A DNA stretch of 60,549 nt, filler included, from Sphacelaria rigidula (Eukaryota), in NCBI GenBank assembly GCA_964200075.2. It is 6 parts of 6 records of this genome, joined end to end, with 100 filler letters (N's around TTAATTAATTAA, not from the genome) between each part and the next. Parts side by side here need not be neighbours in the genome. Positions count along the whole stretch, not along the records: positions 1 to 10,011 come from CAXNAA020007325.1; positions 10,112 to 20,120 come from CAXNAA020007326.1; 4 more parts are not named here. One strand, 5' to 3'. The position numbers and the translations under genes were made by a program. Shown piece after piece: positions 1-10,235 of the stretch (its first letter is position 1; each line of letters opens with the position of its first letter). The notes under the pieces were generated by a model. The model was not told the DNA's origin. It worked only from the letters and a program-made list of their open reading frames with translations, and searched no databases.

Positions 1-70
1 GCATTGGAGGGATATGAGGTCAATGGTCGTATGACTATGGCATGCATGATCATGAGTACACCCCCCCTTT
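1..70 (+). repeat. Family-B structured repeat, partial copy at contig edge
   Basis: GGGATATGAGGTCAATGGTCGTATGACTATGGCATGCATGATCATGAGTACACCCCCCC matches the copies at 458-545, 33141-33220 and 58088-58177. Confidence 0.8.
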
Positions 71-239
71 GAGGGTTGGCGTTGGTTGGCAACGACGCTG
101 TTGAAAACCAGGATACGATTTTGCTTTTCCCCTCGCTTTTTTGGCGGTAACCACGGTGGTGGTCGAGCCAGATCATATTGTGTGGGGTGGGAGAACCTCA
201 ACTCCGCACAAAGAGGATGATCGTACCACGTGGTGATCA

Positions 240-545
240 CATGGTGAGACAGCCATTAGATAGTGTGTAACTCGTGGCTGTCTCTGGAAGTGGCAATACC
301 AGAGAATGAAGCAACTCATTCGAGGCTGTAATGCATGTGCAAGATAATTCGTACGCTTCGGGCCAACACCATCTTAGCACTGTGCAGCTCACCCTTCATG
401 CGACTCACCCAACATACTACGGTCCTTCCGGCTTGGTGACTGCGAGCCCGGTCCGGCGAAAACCGGGCGTGCTCTGTCCCGGCTTCGTAGGGATACGAGG
501 TCAATGGTCATATGACTGCGGAATGCAAGATCATGGGTACATCTC
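240..545 (+). repeat. Family-B structured repeat, near-full ~300-nt copy
   Basis: Colinear similarity by eye with 57885-58177 (same strand) and 57288-57617 (opposite strand), e.g. GAAAACCGGGCGTGCTCTGTCCCGGCTT and CTCACCCTT. Confidence 0.8.
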
Positions 546-1579
546 CCTCATGGTCTGTAGAGCTGTAGAAGGCTAGCTTATCCCTGCTCGCCTGAAGCCA
601 CACAAATTTGTGCAATCAGAAAACCATCACTAGCAGGTGGAAAATGACGGGCTGAAGTTACATTGTCCAACACGCCTCGTCGTGAGAACGAGATGCGCAC
701 TCGTTTGGGTATCATGACGCAGTTCCGCAGAGAATGTGTTGGCGTATACCCCAAGGCAGCACATGGAAATCCGCTGTGAAATGAGGGCGCTTCCAAGACT
801 GATCGGTATAAAAAATACACCATGCTACAAACAGTCTTGCGAGCCCCCCTCTCCCGCCGCCCCCGCGCCTCCCTTCCTTTTCGAAAGGATGAGTTTCTCG
901 TCAGGTAAAATAGAGGACTGCTCGACCTCTTAAGGCATCGCAACGTGGACTTGATATCGTTTGCCTAATTTCCCTCTTACGGTGGGCATATTGTGCCAGC
1001 CAGCCCCTTCCTCCCCATCTTGAAACAGATGCAGATACAGATACATAAAGCCCCAACAACGTATACATGAGAAAACATTTTACGGAGTCACATGGAAGAA
1101 ATAGTGTCATGTACACGAGAATCGTTTTGCTTTCAGTCCTCAATACCCATGTATTCGGGCATGTAACTTTTCCATCGGCGTTGACTGCTTATGTGACGAC
1201 CAGGAAATCCGGAAGTCATCGAAGCATCTCTGCTCATCATGGTGAGGTGAGGAAGCCCATGGCAGGGAGGGTTCAACACGTGAATCCTGAGCAGGACAGG
1301 GTGGTTTCACGTCTGCATGTTGTTCGCATCTCGCAAGTGATCCCACGGTGCGGACATCGCGAACAAGCTTAAATGGGCAAAAAAGGACTGGGACCGTTCT
1401 TGATTTCGATGCAATCGCGCGGTGAGTGTTTCTGCGCAGAGTATTTCTCGAAGATGAACCCAATTACAGCGAAAGCTGCGGGGAACAGTGATTGAGATCG
1501 CAAAGAAGGCGCGCTGTGAGAGAATGAGCATCCGCGTATCGGCACCTTCGTCTTGGCAACTGCCCAACGGTGAGTGTTG

Positions 1580-2026
1580 TCTCTTAAACCGTCACAAAAG
1601 TTAGTCGTGGGGGTTCGATCCCCATCACTGTCACTCCGAGGAGGGCGACTCCCCTTGCCAGCGTTCTATCGACTGCAATCAGGACCTCTACTGTTGTCAC
1701 TCTCACCGTACCCTAGAGTTACTTGTCTCCCCCTCTCATTTCCAGAGTGTGTGCACTGGGGTTCCAAGTAGTACACTCCAAATATAGCCACCAGGCTATA
1801 CCCGACCCTTTTTCTTTTGGGCCAATGTTAACAGAGGTTTTCTCTCCTTGGGACCAATTTTTTATCAGAGGTTTTATCTCCCCTTTTTCTTCAAAGAACG
1901 TGCGTCCGACGGGAATCGAACCAGCGACTAACTTTTGTGACGGTTTAAGAGACAACCAACTAGACTACTGACCGAGTCAGCACTGACTCGGTCAGTAGTC
2001 TAGTTGGCTGTCTCTTAAACCGTCAC
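1580..2026. mobile_element. Terminally redundant ~431-nt tRNA-like palindromic insertion with a 7-bp target-site duplication
   Basis: AGTGTTG flanks it at 1573-1579 and 2027-2033. TCTCTTAAACCGTCACA is directly repeated at 1580-1596 and 2011-2027. A 45-bp palindrome lies at 1936-1980/1983-2027. Box A-like TAGTCTAGTTGG and box B GGTTCGAT(T)CCC motifs occur on both strands. Confidence 0.8.
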
Positions 2027-2260
2027 AGTGTTGAGGCAAAACGGCGATAGGCGTTGGCTTCGATGAGGGCCAGCGTTCGCTGTACGATTTCAGACGGTAT
2101 GGCTGGTGCATGGTGTGCTTCCGAGTAGGACACGGGCCGTACTGCGCCATCTGCCAATTGAATCTAGCCTCATAATTATGCGGTGGCGGCCACAAACAGA
2201 AATCCAGCTCCATCGACAACCGAAAAAAAAGCGAGAGGAGCCCTCATGGTGCACTAGTAC

Positions 2261-2470
2261 CGTCTTCATAGCCCTCGAGAAGCTGTTCCTTTTTTCAAGT
2301 CTAGCGTCCTTCAACATCTGACCCAGCATGGCTGCCATCGCCGCCGGAAGAAGCGACGAATATACGCCTCTCTTCCCCGAGCACACGATCGAACACTTCT
2401 CGCCCTCACTGTTAATCCAAGAAATCAAATATAACACATAATCGGCAAGGTGCAGTAGGCCACTCACCAT
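2261..2470 (-). CDS. Possible 5' exon(s) of an unidentified minus-strand gene
   Basis: ATG|GTGAGT at 2470, and a stretch ...MAAMLGQMLKDARLEKRNSFSRAMKT|GTACTA ending at a donor. No recognisable domain. Confidence 0.25.
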
Positions 2471-2692
2471 ATTTACGAGTGAAACAACGGAAACAATTAC
2501 GCGGGGGTTAACTCAAACGCTGATATCATTCATATACAACACCTGGGTGTTCTTACAGCAATTTCCTGTTCTGTGCTATTCATTGCAATGTAGCGCATTT
2601 CTCACTGCTGTCACTATTTTCACGGAATCGCGCCGTCCGAACGAAGACATTTTGACCTGCAGCCGGATCCCTCCGCGAAATAGATCATCGCC

Positions 2693-4498
2693 CTATTGAA
2701 ACAGCGGGTATTGCTTTTCTTCGCTGTGCGCCCGAAGAACCCGAGGGTCGACATCCAGTACCCATTTGCCTGTCTCCCTGCTCTCGTTTCTTGGCAGCAC
2801 GGACGTCGCAACCACTGCCAATCCCCCGTCTGCAGGGAGAAGAGACTCAAGCCGCCCATGACTCGATCTCCATCGCCCACCCGCGGTGCGAGTCGTCGGC
2901 GCAAGTCGCGACCGCCCTTCGGCTCGCCCCCCACGCAATTGCACATCTTCCGCCCATCTCGGCCAATTTGGCAAGCTCGTGCGAGGCCGTCGAGAGTCGG
3001 GAGAAGCGGGAGGATTAGCAACGGCAGCAATGCTCTTTATCAAGAGGTCAGATCGTCGTCTGTGTTCAAGACTTTCTGCCAGAGCTGTGATCGGCAACGA
3101 AGAACGCCGCCTTGTGCTTAGGTATTTTAAACTATTTGTTATCGATGTAGTGTCGTCTGATGAATGACTATGGTCTTCGACACCGCCAGAGCTCGCTGTA
3201 CCAGACATGGTGGTAACACCAGCTGACACTCGTCTACTCAGATGTCTGGAGGACGGAGTCGTCGCATTACCGCTTCCTGCAGATACTATTTTGGCAGATA
3301 CCATTTTTGATTCGCCTTCTTCAGGGCTAGGTGTCCCCACCCAGCCGGCAGCCGTTCCCGTGACGGCCGGGATTGTTGGCGCTTCGATCGAGCTTGGTAC
3401 AGGTAGTAGCTGTCTCAGTGGTCGAACTATGCTGCCGCTAGCGGACGGCCTGCGTATTTTTGTTCCTGGCGATGACGTAGATCTATTTTTGGTGCTGTTG
3501 TCGGCTAGGCTTCCTTGAGAGGTGCTCACTTGGGCATCATCGCCACCAACGACATCACCATACACCGGCCTGGTGCTCGGTTTTGAGTTGCCTCCTCCCT
3601 CCGTACGTTGATGCGCCCCATATGCTACCGCCGTCGCGCTGCTCGACATCTCGCCTTCTTCATGGCAGGAAGTTGCGAGTCCTTGATTATCGGGGTCCTC
3701 GAAAGTTGGCGTGGGTGGATACGTCGGGAGTTGTTTGCCTATCACCAGTGCAGGTGGTGAAGACGACCTAGAGCGTTGAATGTGATGGGTACCCACCGTC
3801 TCCTCTCGCAACGCACTCGCTGTTGATTCAAGCAATAGTGGTCGATGGGAGGTACCACCATCCCCTAGACCCTCGTGAACCGCTGGTCTCTCGCTGCATT
3901 GCCTTGGAAGGTTCGTTTGACGGTTGATCGCTGCTGTCACGACCCTTGATCGATTTGACGATTCTATCACGTTCGACGACCTACGCGTGAGGTCGGCAAC
4001 CTTCACCACCTTCTCCGTCAGGGATACTCTCGTATTCGTTCTGTCTATTGACGCACCACGGCCGTCCTGGTACCTCCCGCTGCTATCTTGTGTACTGCCT
4101 ACGTCATGTCTTGCCAGACTTGAATCACGTGTCACCAGCGACAAGTCATGGCGAATTCGCGACGAGAGAGTCGAATTGTTTCTACCGGCATCACCATCAG
4201 CGTTCCTGGGCAGACTCTCACCACCAATACCCCCTTCTTCTCCCAGAGCACACATTTCTGGCCGATACCCAGCGTCGTTGACCCTTCTTCCTACGGCGGT
4301 GGCGGCAGTGGAAACGTCATCTTCATCTTCCCCTCGTCCAGCAATATCCACGAAGTTGGAGGTCGATGTTTCTTGGTGGAACGCTGACAGACTCCTAGGG
4401 GTGCCGCTATTTCCGCCCGTCGATCCCTCATTACTACAGCGTTCATCACCGCGACTATCACGGCGCCGGCGGACAAGGTAATCCCGATGTTTCCGCGC
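2693..4498 (-). CDS. Terminal exon of a large low-complexity (S/R/G/T-rich, probably disordered) hypothetical protein
   Basis: Acceptor GACAG|GCG at 4498, open frame ARKHRDYLVRRRRDS...EEKQYPLFQ* to TAG at 2693. Phase-compatible with a small upstream exon near 4643-4716 (...KRDEAEAAE|GT). Confidence 0.7.
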   Translation of the reverse strand, partial: ARKHRDYLVRRRRDSRGDERCSNEGSTGGNSGTPRSLSAFHQETSTSNFVDIAGRGEDEDDVSTAATAVGRRVNDAGYRPEMCALGEEGGIGGESLPRNADGDAGRNNSTLSSRIRHDLSLVTRDSSLARHDVGSTQDSSGRYQDGRGASIDRTNTRVSLTEKVVKVADLTRRSSNVIESSNRSRVVTAAINRQTNLPRQCSERPAVHEGLGDGGTSHRPLLLESTASALREETVGTHHIQRSRSSSPPALVIGKQLPTYPPTPTFEDPDNQGLATSCHEEGEMSSSATAVAYGAHQRTEGGGNSKPSTRPVYGDVVGGDDAQVSTSQGSLADNSTKNRSTSSPGTKIRRPSASGSIVRPLRQLLPVPSSIEAPTIPAVTGTAAGWVGTPSPEEGESKMVSAKIVSAGSGNATTPSSRHLSRRVSAGVTTMSGTASSGGVEDHSHSSDDTTSITNSLKYLSTRRRSSLPITALAESLEHRRRSDLLIKSIAAVANPPASPDSRRPRTSLPNWPRWAEDVQLRGGRAEGRSRLAPTTRTAGGRWRSSHGRLESLLPADGGLAVVATSVLPRNESRETGKWVLDVDPRVLRAHSEEKQYPLFQ

Positions 4499-5007
4499 CT
4501 GTCAGATATTGCGAGGTGTCGGCCCTATGTCAAAAGAGAGCATGAAAACTACGTGGCGATTACAGTACGCCAGTGGGGGTACAGATGTCCACCACTGATG
4601 GGGATTACATGTAAGTTAGCTTTAGTTCATCTTGCCTCGTACCTCGGCAGCTTCCGCTTCGTCTCTTTTCACTTCGCAATAGTTCAGGATTGGTTCCCAG
4701 CCGGGTTCACCGGGACCTGGGACTCTCCAAGGCGGCATGCCCAGGGTGGGCACGTAGTACCGCATCTGCCACGAGTGGGACCGACAAAGCACGGAAATAT
4801 TATTGTCTGGTCGAAGCCATCCGGGCCTATCAACGGTCGCCCCAATGCAAGGAACAAGCTGCTCGTAAAAGGCAAACAAAGATGCGCAGGTGTGTACCAG
4901 GCTTCCCCCCTTTTTCAAAGCCAAGTATAACCCATAGTATGGTGCCACCAGGCCCAAGCCTGCGTTCAACGCTTTGTTCAAAATGATTGAATCTCATCTT
5001 GTTCTAC

Positions 5008-6572
5008 CTGCTTGGGGTCAACGTAGTAGGGTTGTGGTTCTCCACAATTGTCAGTTACTCTGGGCCCCTCCGTCGACGCTTCTCGCCATCCGAAGTAGCT
5101 CGACTCGAGAGCGCCCCCTGAGCGCCACATTGGACGATTGTCTTCACGTTGGTCATTGCGCGACCTGCCTGACGGGAAGCTTGGACGCCTTTCACGATCC
5201 AGAGACTGTAAGTCCGAGTAGTCCCAGCTTGATCTACCCTTGGCCATGGCTTCCGCCCCCGCTGCGAGGGCTCCGGAACCACGCCAAGGGCGTCTATTCT
5301 CGTTATCTACTTCCACCGATGATACACGTGACTGCCGTACCCCCCGATGATATTCTCGATGCTGGTGATCGGCACTGGTGTTGGCTGGGGACGTTCGCGG
5401 ACGTTGAGTTCGTTGAGGCACAGGCAGATGGTACCGCTCGCCGGTGCGATTTTGTCGCTCCATGCTCTCCTCTTTTCCTTGGATGAATTTCCTTTTGTTT
5501 TGCGTATCGTCTTCGTCCCTCTTGTGCGGTTGTCGTCCCAAGCTCTGGTGGGCACTGTACCCACCCTCTTCCGCTCGTTTTCTGTGGTTGTTTTGTCGAG
5601 ACCGACTGGAGCCATCGGCGGTCCGGGGACGTACGGGGTGGTGTACATCATTTACCCATCTATCCCTTTCCATTATTTCCCCCCCCTTTATTCTTGCCGG
5701 TCCCATCGTGGTCGTGTCTAACTGATTGTTTTCCATATCATCAGAACCAGGCTCTCGCCGACCGAGCACATGATCGCCGTCACGAGATGACGCCGGTCGA
5801 GAAGTCCCACAATGCCCACTTTGCCACTGTCGCGTACGGCCGCTATCTTCCCACGGCTCCAGGCACGATTTACCTTTCCTTTTGGTTACGTCAATGGCAT
5901 GAATACCACGGGGGGTACGTTGATCAGACTCTCCTCTTCGATCTACTATTGCCGCTGTGGAGGCCCCTCTTCGCGGGGCATGACCCGAACCTTTTCGCGC
6001 TTCGTTGGTCGTCGACTGAGCACCATGGTGCAACGAGGGTTTGCGACACAGCGTGGCGTCTATTGGCGTGCGCTGGTCGGTCGTGTATGCGTCAGTGTAT
6101 AAATTCACAGGCTCTGAACCCCCGTTGTCGGGGTAGTGGTCGTCGTTTATTCCACTGGATGATCGACCTTGGATTCCGGTGGGCGAGTCGGATGTAGACC
6201 TTGTACGTCTGTGTTGCTGTTTTTCGACTTTCAATTGACTGGACCGTGCCGTTCGAGGTCCGGTGCCCCGGTTCTCATTTTTCTCCTTCGGCTTGCTCGA
6301 CGCCTCGAGCGCTGGCTCGTATCTTCTCGTCCACGCTTCAGAATTGCCTCGCTTTTGTGCACGTGTCTTTGCGGCGCTTGCTTTGCTTTCTGAAGTCCTC
6401 TTCGCCCTATTTCTCGTGACGTTCGCCCTGGTCGGACTACCCGAGCTGTTCAGCTGGTCGTATGAGGGAGGGGGCAAAGCGCGAAGCAGTTCACCGGTAA
6501 CGCGTTTAGGCAGGGAGAGTCGTGGAAACATAGAATCGCTTACGTTAATGGTGTCCAATCCAGTGATCGCAG
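5008..6572 (-). CDS. Internal giant exon of the same hypothetical protein
   Basis: Open frame of more than 520 codons bounded by TGTCAG| (6572) and CAG|GTAGAA (5008); R/S/G/E-rich. Confidence 0.65.
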
Positions 6573-7137
6573 CTGACAGGTAACTACTGCCGGCGCAGAT
6601 TCGAATTTATATCCGAAAGAAAACGTCACGTAGGTTGTGCAGCATATAGCGTTGGGGAGCCCTTCTCAGCTTTACAAGCGGTCGACGACGATGGATGGGA
6701 AAGGTGTTCCCCGTCGTTGTCAGATAACTTGGGATGAAGGGGCCGGCGCCAAGCGTCACATCATCCCGAAGGCTTTGAAAAGGGCGAATTATTCCCTGAA
6801 AATCAACTGTTGCTTTTACTCTGCACGCCCACTGGGAAGACGCCGAACCAGGTCGTCGCCAGGGGTGCTCGCAAGTATAGGGTACGCCGGGAAAACCGTT
6901 CTGTGTTATATCCTGTGCCAGAATCGCAAGCTGTACCATGAACTCTGTAAAAGTTGAGCGCCACCGTTTTCCGCCCACTTTTTGTCGTTTCTGCTCACCC
7001 TTGTATCTGTCTTGGCCAGTGATTTACCCAGGGTACGTCGACGTAATCCGCCGCCACGGTCGAGTCTGTTTAATAATAAACGGCAAGGGACAAGTACATT
7101 TTTTTCCTGTGTGCTTCATTTTTGTGTAGTCCCTCAC

Positions 7138-9956
7138 CTCCTCCGGGGTCGCGACGCTGCGGCTTGTTTCAGACGTCGTAGCCTCGTAGGCTTTCTTGAG
7201 GGTGGCTAAGGTCGCATCCTCAGCACCAGCGAGTGCCTGCCGGACCTCGGCGAGGGCAACATCGTATCGAGCCCCGCCGTCTGCTTCCACTATTCTATGG
7301 GCGAAAAGTTTCGCTAGCTCGTCGCCGGAACCCCGTGGTTTATCGACTGTTGACAGTCCCCCTTTACGCTCTGCAGCAACCATCGTTTTCTGTCCTTGGG
7401 TAATTTCATCGTTTTTCTCGTTCAGGGAAGTGGTATTCGAGACTGGGTCTGTCACTACACCGGCCCGTGATTCGCCTTCTCCCAATCCATCTACTGCAGG
7501 TAAAAGTGCTCCCGTCCCGATCTGTCTCCCATCCGTGGTTTCCTTCCCGTCAATGATGTGGTCGGGAAGATCTTCGTTGCAAGTTTCGATGACATGTGTA
7601 AGTGGGGCGACTAGCTCTCTTTCATTACTTCCTATACCAGTGTTTTGTTCAATTTGCGCTGGCAGCGCGGTTTTTTCTAAAGGGAGTCGGTCGTCAGCAT
7701 CGTCCGCCGCCCTCGTCGAGAAGGGCCTGTGGAACATTCTCCCGCCTGTACGTGGGCTCTGAAGAGGCTCAGCTCGGTTACCGTCCTTCTCGCAACTCTT
7801 TGCATACCCTTTGCCAACAGCGCTCTCACCTCCTTGTTTTGCGACTGTGTCGTTTTCTTGGTTTGGCGCAGTTTCGAGCGGCGGAACGTTTTCCTGTGGG
7901 CCTACTACACTGGCGAGAAGATCCAACCCGTGATGTTCTGCCCGAGGAGACCATGTAGAATCGAATCTTCGTGTATCCGAGGATGTGCTCTTAGCTGGGA
8001 GATGCGGTTTAAGTATCCCGACAGCATAACCCCCACGGCTTGTACGTGCATCTTGAGCATCGCTTGTCTCGGCGCATTTCCAGTTGTTTACACCACACCG
8101 TTCGACCTCTTCGGTCGCACGGAATTCCCCGTGCCCGTCTGCCCCCCACGCCCGTTCACCATTTTCCAAGGGACCACGTGACCACGGTGTTGATGCTGGC
8201 ATAGGTAAAATGTCGCCACTCATTTCCGGGTCTGTTGGCTGATGTTGTTGCGACCACCGCTTAACTCTACCAGCTATCCTCTCGCCTTGCGGCTGTACGC
8301 TCATTTCAATCACCACAGGGCTCTCCTGTCCCTCATCATTACGGTCGGACGGGGACCCAGAAGCCGTACCAATTTTGCTGAAGTGTGACTGTGTCCGAGG
8401 CCGTGCTAAGTTCAACACATCATCATCCCCGAGAGGGGACGACAGAACGGAGTGCTGTCGCCTGTGCCGGCTGCTTGTTGTTTCTTCTTTCTGTCCAGTT
8501 CCTGTAAATTTATCCTCTCGCTCAGCGTCATAAGCAACAGGTCTGGCTCGCTCGTTGTGATCGCCGAGGAACGATTGTAGCTGCGGTATCGGTGTCTCAA
8601 GTAAAAGCCTTTCATCTTGACCGTCCGTTGATTGTTTAGGGTGGTTTACATTGGAGAAGGCCTTGTGTTCGGAGGGTAGCTCGTGGCGAATATTATCGGC
8701 TTGATCAGTAGACCTGGATAACCCATTTGGATCGAAGGGACCATCAAGGGCGTCGTTGCTCGATGAAAGCGGAACAGCATCAGTTACACTCCCCAGACCC
8801 TCTAGGTCAGGTTGGTCCGCTGATGGAATCGCTGGCGCAGAAGGATCAACGCGTGCTGCAGTCGTGTGAGCTCTAGCGTTGTCTGCTCGGCCCAAACGTG
8901 TATCACCAGGCACACCGATTTCGCTACCTACCTCGGCTCTCATCGTACCTGAGCTGCCGTTGCCGACCTCACGGTGTATCCCACCGGTCTCGAGAGACGC
9001 TGCCCATGGTCCAACGCTGGCAGCGGCTAAATCATGACGACTCAGCGCTCTCTCTTTGTCACCGTCGACTTGTGGAAAGCTACGGGAGCCTTGCTTCTTG
9101 TCTAAGCTTGGAAGTGCGTTAGCGTCACTTGTCACAACAATGTGCGAAGATCTAGCCGCCAGATTGACTGATTCACGGCTGTGGCCTCTTGCAGCCCTGC
9201 ATGGGTATTCGTGCCTTTCTCCCCTCTCCACGCCACTGATCAACTCTCTCTCATTTGTCTGCGATTGGTTAGTCGTACCTTCGACGGCTACGCCTGCAAC
9301 CCCGACAAATAACGGCTCGGCAGATGTATGACATTTGCAGTGGGGAATGTTCGCGTTTCCACTCGTGGGCTCGCCTCGCAAGACCTCGCCTTGCACTACT
9401 TCGTCCGCATCAACGGGCTCACCACTACCAAACGACGGCGGGCAGGCATCGTTTTGAGACGTTTTACTTGACGCCCCCGGTATTGCGGATCCACGATCAT
9501 TAAGCAAGGTGGTCTTTCTGCCGATCCTTTCACCACTGTTTCGGGAGCTTGTATCAAATACACCTTCGACCGCAGGAGTAGTAACATCAGCAGCTGGGGG
9601 ATAGTTTGCGTCGTCCTCGACCGCTGATGACAGCAGGTTATACTCGCGGTGCTCCGAGATAGGCCTCTCGTGGTCGAATGATAAGGTCGATATGACTCGC
9701 TTCGCTGTTGTTGTGGCTACTCTCGAGGTTGCGGTACTCTGATCGTCGCAGCGATCACCTTCGACGTTCGCTAGGTCGAGTGCAACGAGACTTCTGTGCC
9801 TCGGGGAAACATGTGCTCCTCGATCGAGATAAGGTTGCTGTTTTGCGCCACCGACTGACGCTTCTTCTGCCCAAGTGGGCGACTCGACATGTGGCTCGGT
9901 GTGAAAAACGCCATCCATCGTTATCTTGTGCTTCGCTAAAACCGCGCGGAGTTGAG
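7138..9956 (-). CDS. Internal giant exon (~940 codons) of the same hypothetical protein; 5' part lies off the contig
   Basis: Acceptor TTCAG| at 9956 (QLRAVLAKHKITMDG...), donor GAG|GTGAGG at 7138. Ends in a helical-looking segment LAKLFAHRIVEADGGARYDVALAEVRQAL. Phases require at least one unresolved small exon between this and the next exon. Confidence 0.7.
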
Positions 9957-10011
9957 CTGAATAACCACAAGCGTAGGGTGCCGTGCGTGTAGGTAAGAAG
10001 TTAGGAGGGGG

Positions 10012-10111
10012 NNNNNNNNNNNNNNNNNNNNNNNNNNNNNNNNNNNNNNNNNNNNTTAATTAATTAANNNNNNNNNNNNNNNNNNNNNNNNNNNNNNNNN
10101 NNNNNNNNNNN
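10012..10111. other. Artificial contig spacer (N-TTAATTAATTAA-N)
   Basis: 100-nt block of Ns containing a six-frame stop linker. Confidence 0.99.
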
Positions 10112-10235
10112 ATCGCAAGACGACTATCATGCGCGCGAATTGAAGTCAGTACACAACCGGACAAAATCGGCGGTGGGACGGAATGGCTACACATGACAAG
10201 CCCCGAACGCCGGGTGTCGGTGAACTCTCTGCCTA

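Noticed and set aside
1840-1870. Twister or hammerhead ribozyme in the 431-nt element (GGTCCCAAG, CTGATAA on the minus strand)
   Set aside because: The remaining conserved cores (AAGCCC...GAGGG; CUGANGA with GAAA) are absent.
1900-1980. Genuine tRNA gene
   Set aside because: A and B boxes are present but there is no convincing acceptor or anticodon stem; the sequence is part of the palindromic insertion.
2696-9331. Plus-strand ORFs overlapping the giant exons
   Set aside because: Antisense shadows of GC-rich coding sequence with no recognisable motifs.
10012-10111. Recurrent TTAATTAATTAA motif every ~10 kb
   Set aside because: Assembly linker inside N blocks. Contig sizes decrease steadily, so adjacency across spacers has no biological meaning.
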